The notes: generated from the letters alone by a model not told the origin. 63,559 nt of DNA, filler included, from Reticulomyxa filosa (GCA_000512085.1; 20 parts of 20 records of this genome joined end to end with filler, not necessarily neighbours in it); one strand, 5' to 3'. Shown: positions 40,118-54,908, numbered from the whole stretch's first letter. Made by a program: numbers and translations.

Positions 40118-41280
40118 TTAAAAAATAAATTCAAATAGCTCTATACATATACACAATATTGTATATATGGTATATATTATCACTCAAAACAAAACTTGAG
40201 TTTCAAATTTTAGTAATTGCTTCACTAATTTGATTTCGGCACTCCTCAAACACAAGTCCAGAAAGCCGTCAATGCCGTCGACGACATTAAATATACTGTT
40301 GATTTCGTTCCACACTGACATTGGCACTTCATTTTCATCAAATATTTCCACACATATCAGTAAATCGTTTATTGTTCCCAATATTCTTTTTTTTTTTTTT
40401 TTTTGCAAATGTTCAAAAAAAAAAATTGTCAATATTTTCAAAACATTACACACATATAATATAATATGCAAAAGTAAACTTGCAAATTGTCAATCATAAA
40501 CGTTTGGAATGTTTTCAAACATTTCTTCGCCATTTCGCACAGTCGTTTTTGGCTGCTACGTTTGGCCAGCAACACCAACGAAGGGTTCAGCAAAGACATC
40601 CACTCAAACGACAGCGTTTGTTCTTGGTAGTCTTGCTCCGACACCATTTTCAACAGGTCGGTCGCCCACGTTTCCAGCCATTTGGGGATTTCAATGGTTA
40701 CATGTTTGGTGACGTGGCTATTTTGTAATCATAATACATAAAACAACAATAAATACATCATTTCTATTTTTGTATTATTTTTCATGACTCATCAAATTTT
40801 TTTTTTTTTTTTTTGTTCTCCGAAACTCATATGTTACTGTGTCAAAAGATGGAAAAACCACATCTTCACATTTCACTTGTTCTACATGTTTCTCGTTTTC
40901 ATTTTTGAGAATCATATGCTGTAACAACTTCGAAAATTCTCCTTCTTTGCGTCCATCGTGCACTTCTTCCTTCGATTCTAATTTTTTACTTTCATTTTCT
41001 GATTTCGTCAACGATACACTGCTTTCTGTCTCTTGCGGAACAACAGCTCCGTCTTCCGCTGATATGGGCTTTCTTGCTCTTACACGTCGGTAGCGAGGAA
41101 ATGCCACCAGCTTTTTTGATGCATCCTCCTCTGGGGGATTGGTGATTGAAAATCTTCTTAGTCGTTCTCCGAGAACAGCCAGAGTGTGGTCATCGTGCTC
41201 AGAACGGGATTTTTGTGCTTTTTGCTTGTCACAAGGATCTGAAGTGGTAGAAAGCATAGGAGTTTGCGACGACGACAGAG
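39160..41280 (-). CDS. Hypothetical multi-exon protein with probable C-terminal membrane segments
   Basis: Chain of coding-like minus-strand segments separated by AT-rich introns; no family recognised. Confidence 0.5.
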
Positions 41281-41730
41281 AAACCAAAAAACGCCAAAAC
41301 AAGGAAATTAAAAGGCACAATCAGGCTATTTTTTTTTGTTCTGGTCAGGTCAAAAAAAAAAGTTGTTCTGTACAGGAACAAGACCAGAACATATTGCACA
41401 GTTATATTCTGACAACACATTTTTATCTAAAGTTTATTTACCTTGGCTTTTTGTGAAAAAAGCAACTTGCGTTTGGTTAAATGTAATACAACATTTAAAA
41501 TATTCTTTTTGGATGACAAAGACAATATATTATTTCATTTAAACGTAGTTGTAATTAATGCTTTCAATAAAAGCGTAATCATATTGGATTGAATAGAGTG
41601 GATCAATAGTGAAGCAGGTTAAACATATCATTCACATTTTGGAGTGTGTTACTTTTAACAAAAAACCAAAAAGGCGTTTTTGTTCTGTTTTTAAAATAAA
41701 ACTTTCCCAAACGGGAATCGAGACTGTTCA

Positions 41731-41907
41731 ATGTTTAGTTGGTTGCTAGGATCAAAAAAGAAAGAAACACCAGAGGAAAAATATGCAGAGCAATTAGCAA
41801 GATTACATCACGAGGGTTACAAAGATGACACGGTGAACTTGGAAAAGTTGGAACACCACCAAGGCAATGTTGACCTTGTAATCAAGGACTTTACACGGGA
41901 AAAAGAA
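41731..41907 (+). CDS. First exon of a protein with an N-terminal UBA-like domain
   Basis: KYAEQLARLHHEGYKDDTVNLEKLEHHQGNVDLVI resembles ubiquilin-type UBA; followed by a GTAAGT donor. Confidence 0.6.
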
Positions 41908-42290
41908 GTAAGTAGGTCTCAAGGGGGGGGGGGGGGGGGGGGGGGGGNNNNNNNNNNNNNNNNNNNNNNNNNNNNNNNNNNNNNNNNNNNNTTAATTAAT
42001 TAANNNNNNNNNNNNNNNNNNNNNNNNNNNNNNNNNNNNNNNNNNNNATACATTCTACCTTCTTCGCTTGATTTGTTCGTCCAATCTGGACACTAGTTTG
42101 TTTATCATTTGAACCTATTCCATCCGCTGGCGCAAGCGTCTTTTCGCATTCGCATCCAACAACGAGTGTAATGCGCTGAATCAAAGGGGAACAAACCAAG
42201 ACAACAAAAAGCCCATCAGCAACGACAGAAAGACAACAGCGACGAGGATCAAGGCACAAGAATGAATGCAAAATATACTCATTCATTTCA

Positions 42291-43732
42291 CTTTTTCAAA
42301 GGCTAAAGCAAAGCAAGTCGGCAAACACTATCGCTCGAATAATTGGAAGGAAGTAATCGCTATTGGAAGAGAAGACTGACAAGCCAGCAAAAAGTGTGAT
42401 CGATGAAGCCAACAAGAAGAAAGAGAAAGAAAACAAGAACAAGAAAAACGAAATCAAAACAAAAGTGCAAAATAAAAGATCAACAACAACAACAACAACA
42501 GCAAATGACGACAAGCAACCCAAAGAATACGAAAGTGCAAACGAATTGCTGAGTAAGTGATCGCTTCTGCCATTTGAGTCGATAAATCGTATAATAAAAA
42601 AAAAAAAAAAGGAAAAATTTTATTACAGCGAGGCAAGATACTATCAAAATCACCCATTATTAATATGTTCATTAACGCTGGCCCACGTTCTTTCTATGTC
42701 TATCATTTGCATTTGAGATGTGAAGTTGCATTATATCAACAAGGGGTAATCCTGTCACAGCAGCAATACACGCAAATGCGCATGCACATACATGCATCTT
42801 CTTCAACAAAGCTGCATTTGGAATGGACGATAACAACAACGAATAAAAGCAAGTTGCACGAGTTCGAGATAGTGAAGACGCCAAAGCACGGAATGTAACC
42901 GCTTGTAATGAGGCCAACCATGCCACAATTGATTTTTCCAATTGCGTTGATCCAACTGATGCTCCATTGTATCCTATCTTGGGAATATATCTTTACGTGA
43001 GAAACACATGCTTGCAATACATTTTGCATATTTTGCTGTTTGTTAAAAGCAAGGCCACCAGTGACAGTGAAAGCTTTAGAAATTGTTGACAATTTGTCCA
43101 AAGTAGCATTCCATTTGCTGGTATTGCCTTGATTGTTTGAATGATGTGTTGGAAGCATTAGATGTATATATACTCGACAACGGATGGTAATGAAACCATT
43201 TATATGCATTTGAGCCGCTCAAATTATCTCTTTTTCAAATCATGTTACCATCAAGCAAATTATTAATACGGTTTTCCATTGGCTGATATCGTCGATAAAG
43301 GCGCTACGGAAAATGAGTGTGAATACAATTAGCAATGTAATGAATAGTAACTCCGGCAAACAAGATAAACTCAACAATCAATAATTTTTCAATAATTAAT
43401 TCATCAAAGCGGTATAACATATAAATATGTTTACATATACAAATGTATATATATATGTATGTATATATGTACATAGACGTGGACATAGGTATTGCAAATT
43501 GGTATGCTTGACAGAGACAAAGACCAAGGCACTGGGGATGAATGCAAAGTCTAATTATCCGTTTTCAAAAGCAAGTCAGCAAACATTATTCAATCGAATA
43601 ATTGGAAGGAAGCAATCGCTATTGAAAGAGAAGACCGACAAGCCAGCAAAAAAGTGAAGTCGATGAAACCAATAAGAAGGAAGATTTTAAAAAAACCACA
43701 GCAAGAAAATGAAATCCAAGACAAAAGTCAAA
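42291..43732 (+). repeat. Imperfect ~170-nt direct repeats (42291-42470 and 43561-43732) around a decayed minus-strand coding-like segment
   Basis: cgaataattggaaggaag..atcgctatt..aagagaagac.gacaagccagcaaaaa occurs twice, ~1270 nt apart. Confidence 0.8.
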
Positions 43733-46700
43733 NNNNNNNNNNNNNNNNNNNNNNNNNNNNNNNNNNNNNNNNNNNNTTAATTAATTAANNNNNNNNNNNN
43801 NNNNNNNNNNNNNNNNNNNNNNNNNNNNNNNNTCTGTCATCAATTGTCTGATTTATTGTTTTCAAAGCTTATGAAAAGAATGTTTTAATTTCTAGATTGC
43901 CAAAGAAGCCATCTGCACAAAAGTAGTTGAAAATCTTGATAAAAACTTTTTTTTTTCACTATCGACTTATAAAATGATCGAAAATAAATTTTTTTTGTTT
44001 GCATAGAGATTGATAATGGTAGTTCATGTAGTTGTTAAGAGACTATAGTCGAAAATAAAATAGATCAAATAGTTCATTTACAAGGGCTTTTTTCTGACGA
44101 AATAATTATTTGATCAAATGTGCTTTTGAATTTTTCTTAATTTATTAGTTTTTGTTTTTTGTTAGTTGGCCTTTAAGTGATCGATTGGAGCAAAACATAA
44201 TTCAGCAGCATGGATATCTTCTTTGGCATGAAGAAATTAAATTCTTATTTGAACCTTTTGAATCATGTCAATATTGTCAGTGCTTTTTAGAAAAAGCACA
44301 TTGCTTGAATGAGGAATTGTTGTGTCTGGTTCATTAATTAAAATAAAAATTGTTTTGAGAGTTGTTTTTGTGGTTGTAAAAATGTATAAGATTGGACGTA
44401 TTGTTTATGTCAAACACGTTTGAAAAAGAATCATAAGCATACGTTTATAGAATAATATTTGACACAGACACCAAATTAGAAAAAGCAAAAACAATTCATC
44501 AAAAATACAGCAATTACAATCAACAGCTAAAAAAAAGATCCCCCTAAAGACACGAATGTTCATAGAGGCTTATTTTAGGGGATTTTTTTTTATCTCTACA
44601 ATGACGAACTTATACATAACGGAAATAAGCAGAAGATATTATATTTATTATCCACAGTCACTAAATTTTTTTCTATCTTTCATTTGTGTAGAGGAACTTG
44701 TCTCAATATTCAAATGTATCGTAGCAGTTTTTCTCTTTCTTGGAAGACTTCTGCAAAAACAAACAAAGCTTTGGTCAGCATGCAAAATCATTAATTCATT
44801 AGATAGCAGTGGACATCTGCTCTGATAAGAGACGACACTAAATGTAATACGAAAAATTTTACTCAAAAAGAGATTTGCTTTCGATAAAACAAAAGTAAAT
44901 TAAGTAAATAGAAAAAGGATACCACAATAAAAGAAAACAAAGTGTGAAGAAAAGTTGGTGGAAAAGATTAACACACTGCTAATTAACTCTGAAAGAGTTA
45001 ATTAATCTATAGTAGGGACTTGACCTACAGCAGTTTAACTAAAGCATATGACGCTTCACTTGTGGTCTTGGCCAAATAATATTTGAGAGTGATCTTAGAC
45101 ATTATATTTTAAAATTTTGCAATTTACAAGTGAAATTAATAAAACAAGATTGAAAATAGCTCGTAAAGTCAATCAATGTATCAACCATGCAATGCAATAT
45201 ATTTTCTGTAAGCATGTGAATTCGTTTCAAGATTTCCATAAGCTATCGCAATATCTCAAATAAAGTTCATTTGTTCGAGTAAAAGGGTTATATTTATCGT
45301 GTTGAAAATGTAAAAAATCTTTATAACTAAGGATCAACGGGACGTTTATATGCGAAAAGTAATAAGGATAGCCACTGGGACAGCAATACATGCATGCATA
45401 AGAAGGGGCCACAAAAACAACTAGGAAGAACAATGAGCGGAGCAGCTGCAGAAAGGGCAACCATTCGAATGTAGCCATAGGAAAAAAGCTGCACGAAGAG
45501 CCACATGAAGAAGAGCTGCAGGAAGAACTGTACAAATAGCCAACAGGAGAAAAAGTCGTAGGAAGTGACATAAGAAGGATAACCACACGAAAGAAAGTCG
45601 CATTGAACGCATAAATAAGCCACAAATAATAATATATATTTTTTGTTTCAATGAATTTTTTATTTGATTCATTCTAACACTTTTTTTAATCAAATACATC
45701 ATCAGTTGAGGATAGACGAATAATACGATTCAAAAAAATGAGATGGCAGGACTTCATAAATTCAGGACACAGGAAATATGCATTTGTTTTATTTGTAAAT
45801 TTTTTTCTTCAGGTTTGCAAAATAACATTCATCATCTTTTTTGAACACATGCATGTTCTTTTTTTTACCTTGAACGAGTTTCTTGATATCATGACAAATA
45901 CCATTTTTCGTTTTGATAAAAAAAGAAATACAAAACAACGCTAATATGTGAACATTGTAAAGTTCATTATTTATTTTTTAAGTGGAATATGACCGTGTGG
46001 GCACAAAAATAATTGGAGTGGAAATGAATCGAATAATATTGGGTTGGAAATTGGAAGATATCGTTGAATTCGATTGCAGGATTTGGAAAAGTGTAAGACG
46101 AAAGGATTGCAAGCAGACACATCCAAGTTGTAGTGGTTTCAAGTCAGCGTCATAAATGTTTCTTCAATGCAATAAAGGCTTTCGACAGACAACAAAGAAA
46201 TTGAAGAAAAAGTCGAGTCCAAAGTGGACCTAGAGACTCGCTATTATACGGTCACGAGTGATAAGAGACATGCAGTATTGAGCAGCAAATATGAGATAAG
46301 TGAACGTGTATCGACTAACCTAAATCTAAGAATGTAAACAAGAAGATTAAAAGGGGCCATCTTTCCATTGCACGATAAAATATACAAAACTGATGGGAAT
46401 ATCGACGTGACCTAGTCGAGTGATCAACTTCGAGGCAATAAGATGAAACTGAAATGATGGCCTGCCAAATTTTTCTAAAAATGATTCGGATGAGTTACTT
46501 ACTGCATTTGTGAATACAATCGTTATCGAGAAGTTGTCGTTGCCTCTGTCAAAGAGAGTATAATGTGGTCTTTGAGTGATTGAGACTTTGACACGAATAC
46601 GTTGTGAAAATATCCGCAATGAATCAGCAAGAAGAGGAAACAGCATAGGACTGGCATCAATTGACTCTGAAAAAGGCATTCAAATCGTTTCATTTTTTAC

Positions 46701-49280
46701 ACGTATAAAAATATAGAAGCCATTTTCGGACATGGACCCATACAAATTGGAAGAATGGGTGATAGAAAGTAAGAGAAATTGTAAGTGATTTGGACGATTT
46801 GATTTAAAAAAGTACGTTCAAAGATTTTTTGAATAAGAGATTAATGAACAAAAAATTGATAGCAATGATTGGAACGAACAAAGTCTATTGCAATCATCGC
46901 ATCCAATAAAAAAGTTAGACAAATGAAACAGCGATCAAATCTCGTTGGAGGCTATTCAACAGAGAGTTCTCATTTTTATCACTTATATATATTATATTTA
47001 CACAAGGTTACATGCAATATCATTAACAGACACAACTCAACAAATAAAAAAGAAAGAGGACCTTGCAAAGACATTGGAACTACATCCACAAACTCGACGA
47101 CAGTTTCATTTCGGAACGGTGATGGACATCTTAGCCAAAGCCAGAAACAATTTCAAGATAATAACAAAATTGAAGGATAGGACTATCACTGGATTAGCAA
47201 TATCAACGGGTTCTATTGGATTAATCATAGGAACCTTTAATTTCAAAATGCAATCATTAAAGCATCAAGGAGACTGAACTCAAGAGAAAGTGCTTGTACG
47301 TGCTATTAGAAGTGAAATTTCACGGCGATACAAGAGAAGGAAGTGAGTATTACAGAGACAGTTCGATTCGATGGATTAATATGATGCAAGCATGCGAACT
47401 TTCAGAAAATTTGGAAAATTAGTTATAATTTATAACATATCACTCGATTTTAAAGAAAACCGGAAGCATATGGAAACACAGTTGATGAATTTGATCAAAT
47501 TAAATCAATTTGGAACACTTATTTAAATGTTTCGATAGTGTGGACACATTGAAATTGTTCATAGATTTAACAAACATATTTAGTCTATCTAAAAAAATAG
47601 AAATGACTGCAGTTAATACTAAAGAAATACCAAAGAAATTGTTGCAATATGTTGATCACAATGTAAACAAAGAAACAATTGACAACATCGCAAAATTTAT
47701 TTGTCATTGAACAAAATTATCCAAAATATAATGGATTTACAAATTTGTTCTATCAAAAATATAAAGAATTTGTATATACAATCGAAAGTGTATTTTTGTG
47801 AAGATAATACAAAAAATATAGTTGATAATCATCGATCATGTGAAAAAGTTTCAAGATTTGGAAGATTATGATCATTGAAGTTAGATTAACAAGATATTTC
47901 GTCGTATTTCGAAATCGTCGCAGATTCAACTAGCTTCAAACAACAAGAATCTTCAAGACAAAGTCCGAAAATTTTTTTTAATAGTAAAATTAATTTTTTA
48001 TAGTGTTGGATTTTGTGATTGTAGTTTGTTGTTTAACCTTTTTACCCTTTTAGTAACGTCTTTTGTTGCAGTTCATTTTCGGATGGTATAGTCGATTATG
48101 CATCTTTGTGTGGTGTGACTGTTAGAGGTTAAACTTAATGATTATCTTGTCATCAGTTGCTTAAGTGTACCGAGCAAACTCATGGTAACTGAGATAGCAA
48201 CTCTTTTACTAGCAACGGAAGGCTTGTGTGAGAAGGTATCGATCTTGTTTAGCCTTAAGAGTATTCGACGCTTTCGGGAAATTAGCATTCTCGAGGCAAA
48301 TAACAGTCTTTTGTGTTTGGCAGAACTCCAAAGGTCGGGTAACTTCTACTAAACACCGGGCAAAACCGAAACTCACTAGCTGATAACAAGGCTTGTGAAG
48401 GCGATCTGGACGGTCGAGGCAATGTGTTTTACCCCAATCGGATCTACTGCAAGCATGCTGAGACAAAATACCCCACATGGAATTGGATCAAGAATTAGAT
48501 CTAATGGTAAGGCAGACATGTTAACTACACTTCCGAACATGTATGTCACTAGTGAACTATCAAATGTCAGCATGTATTGTGGCATTGAAAATGAATATGG
48601 AATTGGAAATGGAATTGGATATGGTATTGATATGCATGATTCCAGAAACAATAGACAACAACAATCTAAAATAACGTCGAATGATAATATGGATGTAGAC
48701 ACGAATGGTACAAGACGGATTGCTATAAAACGAAAGCAGCCAGACAACGCTTCAAGTTGCTTTTTTTTTAGATGTGCTGCAGTGGGGACGTGTCAAGTGT
48801 TGGACTACTCTATCGCTTCATCCTCAACTCGCACTGCTTTTTGCCTCTCTACCTGCATAAACTCAGATCTTTCTAGTTAAAAGGGTACCTCGTTCTAAGA
48901 AATAGAACACAGTACTCAAAAAAAGAAACAAAACAAAAGAAAGACCTGACAAATAATCTTGCGTTCACTAAATGTCAATGAATGCAATACAATCTTTTCA
49001 AATGATTGAGCTTCCATCAGGTTAGATAGGAAATATCGTGGCATTGTATGTCTTGGATTATCAATACCTTCACAAATCCAATGCATGTTCCATTGCTATG
49101 TAAAATATGGATTCAGTCAATGATTATTTAGGAATCCGCTGATCTGTGTTGACTTAAATCTGGTTGCAATTGCAATGCTTNNNNNNNNNNNNNNNNNNNN
49201 NNNNNNNNNNNNNNNNNNNNNNNNTTAATTAATTAANNNNNNNNNNNNNNNNNNNNNNNNNNNNNNNNNNNNNNNNNNNN

Positions 49281-49831
49281 TTGCCATTGAATTCTTCCAA
49301 TTTACTCTGCAATTCACGTTCGTTTGTAATGTCACTGGAAAAAACCTTCAATAATTCAATTTCTTTTGCATACTGATTGTTGACATTACTTTGCTGACTA
49401 TCTTTTCTTTCATTATTTGTCTTGTCTGTTTGCATCCCTCCACGGGCATTCATCCTACCTACAAATACAAATCCATTTGTTCTTTTGTTCGTCCACACGA
49501 CATTGACATGATCATGTCGTATCTCATTCATATTCGTCATATTCCAATTGTTTATAAATAATGCCATTGCATTGCCTTCAAAGAATATTGGCAACTTGTA
49601 ATAAATAACTCCATCCATACTCCAATCTCTCACATCTGCATCACGCACACAATTTTCTTTTGTAATGTTCATGGTTACACTATAGCGACCATCTTTGCTC
49701 ATTATCACCTAAAAATGTAATTATATCGCGACAAACAAAAAAAAAAAATGTTAATTATCAGTTGTAATTTGAAAAATAAGAAAAAATACTTGGGTTCGGG
49801 TTGCAGCATCATCCCTCACAAAACCTTTCAT
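49281..49831 (-). CDS. Hypothetical protein with a UBA-like segment at the contig end (3' partial)
   Basis: ATG at 49831, in-frame intron 49789-49709, open to the spacer; QYAKEIELLKVF...LQSKLEEFNG. Confidence 0.55.
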
Positions 49832-50979
49832 TATTTATATTGAATGTTGTGTTTAGAATTTAACAAAGTTCTTTGAAAAGAAAAAAGTTCAAATCCTTTT
49901 TTCCTCAAACGTATTAAGACATACTAGTGCATGCTTGGGTTAGATTCATGCCCGAACAATCAACCGATCCTGAGAAAGAAAACACAGCAAAAAAGGGACA
50001 ATTACGAGTTTGTTTTTTTATTTTGCAAACACGCTAAGTCGGAACAAAATAGCGACAATTCGTTAATCCAAGTTAAAATAAAGTTGGAAAACTGAACAAA
50101 ATGAAAAAATACCTAGAAAAGCTGTGAGACCACTGTTTTACTTGTGCAGATTTTTCTGTAATAAAAAATTGGTTGATGAAAGTAATTATAACAAAAAAAC
50201 TCTATAGAAGCGTCTTTTTGTCTAACTTACATGAAAGACGGTGAAGAGAAGTAATCGAATTTTAACAAAAAAAACCACAATCCCAATTGGAATTAAATGT
50301 GTATTTATCAGATTGATCAGAAAAACTGTTCAAACTGCTACCTTCTTTTTCTGTTCATTCCTATGCTGTGAAAATTATACAATTTTTCTCTTTAATCATT
50401 CTCTTGGAAAATAATGTTTCTCATTTTTTGAACTGTTTAGCTACAATTACAGAATATTACATTGTACAGATATAGTTTTAAAGGGAGTAGACTATTATTT
50501 TTAAACATCTATCCAAATATAATTATTCTATTGCAAAATTACTTGATCAGCCGTGAAGCAAATTTTTCTCAAACCAACAAATCTTTTTTCATTAAACTCA
50601 AATAATGACGCATTGCTGTTAAAACTATGCATATTAATCTTAACATAGAGTTCAAATCTTTGATTTAATGGGAAAATAACAGATGAATTAATAATATCAT
50701 TGCATCTTTATAAGAAAAAAACACTAGCATCGTTACAAAAAGTAATGTTGCTCCTTTTTCAAACTATGTATTTTTTCTATTTGTTAACAGCAAAATGGAA
50801 CAAAAGTGAACAANNNNNNNNNNNNNNNNNNNNNNNNNNNNNNNNNNNNNNNNNNNNTTAATTAATTAANNNNNNNNNNNNNNNNNNNNNNNNNNNNNNN
50901 NNNNNNNNNNNNNAAAAAAAAAAGGACAGATACACCCCGATAAACACACTAATGTACAGTACATTGGAAACAAACACAG

Positions 50980-51386
50980 ATATAATGCTGGCGGGACTGT
51001 TTGCGATGTTTGCAGTGATCACATCGCCCATGGCATTGGTCGGCGTCGCATTGATATTGTTGTTTTGGATCTACACCATGAAAGAGGACTCATGGAGTGT
51101 AGGCGGCAAAATCATTATCAGTGGCAAGTACAAAACACTCATTGTCATGTCCATTATTGTGGTGGCGGTCATATGGCTGGGGATACTGGACGCAATCATA
51201 TACGGGGGGTTCATTGCCCTCATCGTCAGTTCCATTCACATGGTCTTCCATAAGCCCATGTCCCGAAACAACAGCGACATGGACGCCACTGACAATGACA
51301 TTGAACATGACAGCGAGGAGCTGGGCTTTGCCACTCCTTCCTATAGTGCCAATGATGACCTTAATCATGTGCTCAAGGGCGTGTAG
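50980..51386 (+). CDS. PRA1 (prenylated Rab acceptor) family protein, C-terminal part
   Basis: Four hydrophobic segments, ITSPMAL and IVSSIHMVFHKP (family H-x-x-F/L motif), acidic tail. Confidence 0.7.
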
Positions 51387-52057
51387 ACTCTTTTTGCTTT
51401 TGTCAGACATAATTGCATACATTCTCTCGTGTCCAACAAGTTGCCTTGATTGGTTTGACTGTTTTTTTTTTTTTTACAATTAAATTAAGTTTTTTTTTTT
51501 TTTTTTTTTTATGTTTAATTGGTGGAAACTACTTTTTTTCAACTATTATCACACGACACTATTTTTCGTTTCTTTTTTGGCATCGGTCGCTTGATTGAGT
51601 AAACTACATTTTACATTTTACATTTTGAAGAGCCTATTTTTTACGTTTTACATTTCGGAGGTCTTGTTTTTTTTTTAAAAATTCCTTTCTGCAACTCTTT
51701 TCCTCGTTGTGCATTCTGTAAACACCTACTCATCTAACTTTTCTCTTTCAAACAAATTCTAAAGCTTAGCTTTAATTTGCAAGCTGTTTTTTTTTCCCCA
51801 CTATTCAAAAAAAAAAAACTCGACATCTTGTTTCTCCCAAAATTTTGTGGAAAATATTTCCCCCAAGTATTGTTATATATAATAAAAAAAAAAAAAAAGA
51901 AAAAATTGAGACAAAAGCTCTATTAGACAGCAAAAACGAAAGCAAACGCAAACAAACGACTCAACAATAACGCTAATAAAACGAAAACAAAAAGAAAGAG
52001 AAAAACAAAAAAAACAAAACAACTAAAAGCAGCTGAGAGAAAGTAATCAAAGACTCA

Positions 52058-52702
52058 ATGAAAGCAATGATTCGGGGAGGAATCTTGGGCTTGGGTGTGT
52101 TGATCGAAGCCAACCTGTTTTTTATCTACCTAATGTACAAAGATACTCGCGAACGACATGACAAAGAGAAAGTGCGTCGATTGCAAGGGGGGACCCACGA
52201 AAAGTATTTTCCGACAAGAACGTGGTACCAACTGATGTTGACGATGATAAGTGGTATGCTGGTGGTGTGGGGTAGCATAATGGGCAAAGTGACGGTAGCA
52301 TTTGTGATAATGTTTGGAGGATTCGAGATGGTGTATTGGATAAGCGATTGGGAAAACACAGTTCGACAAACGATGGTGTTTTCGCAAGTGAATTACAATA
52401 TGAAAAAGAAAAACCCATTTGGACGAGTGGTGATGATCCTGTGTTCCATATTGCGTATTGCCTTGTATGTATTGGTATTTGCCACACAAATATACGAAAT
52501 GCAACATCCAACGTCGAATGGCCTTACGATAGCGAATGATACCAGTTTCAATAGCACAAGTGGTAACATTAGCCACACAAATTATAATCATAACAATTTC
52601 AATAATGATTTCGATGATTATAATAATGATTACAATAATAATTATAATAATGATTATAATAATGGCTATAATAATGATTACAATAACACTTATTATAATA
52701 AC

Positions 52703-52738
<36 letters not shown>
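52058..52738 (+). CDS. Multi-pass membrane protein with an Asn/Asp/Tyr low-complexity loop (3' partial)
   Basis: Open frame with 3-4 hydrophobic segments, then (NNDY)n and poly-N. Confidence 0.6.
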
Positions 52739-52899
52739 NNNNNNNNNNNNNNNNNNNNNNNNNNNNNNNNNNNNNNNNNNNNTTAATTAATTAANNNNNN
52801 NNNNNNNNNNNNNNNNNNNNNNNNNNNNNNNNNNNNNNATTAATAATATTTTTGATCCAAAAAAATACTCTTTTTTTTTTTTTTCTTTTTAAATTGTAA

Positions 52900-53075
52900 A
52901 AATTTAAAAAATGTTATTTTATATCTTTTCTCTTATCTCCTTTGATCATGTACAATTGATCCTTATTTGATCGAATATCCCAAAAATGAATTGTATTAAC
53001 ATATCGCATTTGAATTACCACCAACGACATCAATACTATACTTTATTACAAATAGTGAATATTCAACAGATCATA
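52900..53075 (-). pseudogene. WD40 family C-terminal remnant
   Basis: SVEYSLFVIK...GNSNAIC..NTIHFWDIRSNKDQLYMIKG, paralogous to 54909-55183. Confidence 0.75.
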
Positions 53076-54172
53076 CAATACTTGTATACGTCAGGATATC
53101 ACGATGCAAATATATTATCATGTTTTTTGCCACGTTTTTGCGCGTCACAAATAACCTTTTCCCTTTCGATGGGCTGTCCATACACATATGCCTTGATTTC
53201 ATACGCAAATAGAAAGCTGTAACTTATTCGCTCGTTCGCCAATATCAAGCTCAGCTTCCTTTCTGTTGACTCGTACAAATGTCCGTTGCTAATCGTACCA
53301 CCGCTGCATAATGGCAACAAAATTTCATCCAACAGCGTTAGAGTATTTGCACGGAAATCGGTCATTGCTTGCTTTTTTTTACCTCCTAATTTAACTATTA
53401 TTGATTTTTCGATATTTTTGCCCTTTCTACTTTTCCTTTTTTAAGATATTGCGAAAACATAAAATCAACAAAATCAATGAGACGTGCAAAATTTGTTCAT
53501 TTTTAAACAGGTATACGCTATTAATATCCCATTTTAAAAAAGAAAATCGAAGTTTTATGAGAAGGAAAATGTTGTTTTTTCTTGAATATGGCCTGCAATA
53601 AACAAATAAACAGTGCAACTATTTGATGTAAAAAATCTGCAAATGACAGAAAAACGAATACCCACATTTTTCTTGCAATAATGTTTAAATAACGTTACGT
53701 GAGATATTCTTTTTTTGTAATCTATTGCAGTCTTCTTTTTTTTTCTTCTTGTTTGTGTTGAATAGTTTGTCGTTCCAATCTTTGAAATTAAAAAGATTTT
53801 AAAAAAAGTTGTGTTTAACTTAAATAAAATGAATAATTACATTCCAACAAAAGCTTATTAATTTCAGAAAGAGAAAGATTAAACATAAAATAATTGTGTA
53901 GAAAACCTTCATTATCATTTCAAATAAATTGATTATTAAATGAAGAATATATAATTGAATTAGGAAAAAAAAATACTTATTCAATTTCTTAAAGATAATC
54001 ATACAATTTGAATTATTGGTGTAAACCATTTGGAAACATAGAATGAATGCATCAAATATTTCATTTCATCTGTCAAGTTTTTTTATTATATTTAATCTTT
54101 TCATTGTAATAAATTACAAATTATTTTTGATTGGATTTCATGAAACAAAATATAACATAGTTCAAAGCTTAT

Positions 54173-54725
54173 GTGATAATCAATGAAAGTAAAAAATTAA
54201 TCAAAATGAAAGAATTAAAAATTGAAGAACTACTTTTTCAAAGTCATCATTGTCTGGAATGGAAACATTTCCAAAAAATGAGAGATGAGCGTTTAAAGAT
54301 TGAATTGATTAATATGAAAGGTAATATTATCGAATCAGATGAAGTTGTGAAGAAAAAGTTTGAAAATAATGAACCTACATTTAAAATACGTTGGCTTCAT
54401 TAATGATTGGAAAAGCAAAATCAATAAAAAATGGATTGGTAGCAATGATTTGCCATTAGTGAATATGAAGACAACAAGAAATGGCCCAATCTTGAAAATG
54501 CCAAAGACACTGATATCAATAATTTTAAGTATATATTTGGACAAAGATGATGTCAATGAATTTTTGACTGCATTGGCTTTTAATCACAAACTTCACAAAA
54601 ATAAAAACCAGTACGATGCATTGATAATAATAATCTCAGGACATGGTGTGATGAAGGAGATGTATTAGTAGCGAGTGATGGAAAATATGTATCAATAGAT
54701 AAAATACGCTCTCCGTTCAATTCTC
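54173..54725 (+). pseudogene. Caspase-like (peptidase C14) gene remnant
   Basis: YDALIIIISGHG (SGHG at 54636-54647), then after a frameshift DVLVASDGKYVSIDKIRSPFN; catalytic Cys region absent. Confidence 0.6.
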
Positions 54726-54908
54726 TGTTGATGTTTCACCATTGCAAATCAATAATAACAATGGTAATAATAAAAATAATAATAAAAATAATAATAAAAA
54801 TAATAATANNNNNNNNNNNNNNNNNNNNNNNNNNNNNNNNNNNNNNNNNNNNTTAATTAATTAANNNNNNNNNNNNNNNNNNNNNNNNNNNNNNNNNNNN
54901 NNNNNNNN

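Noticed and set aside
42736-43209. 157-aa ORF as a possible M50B metallopeptidase
   Set aside because: No HExxH motif and surrounding frames are broken
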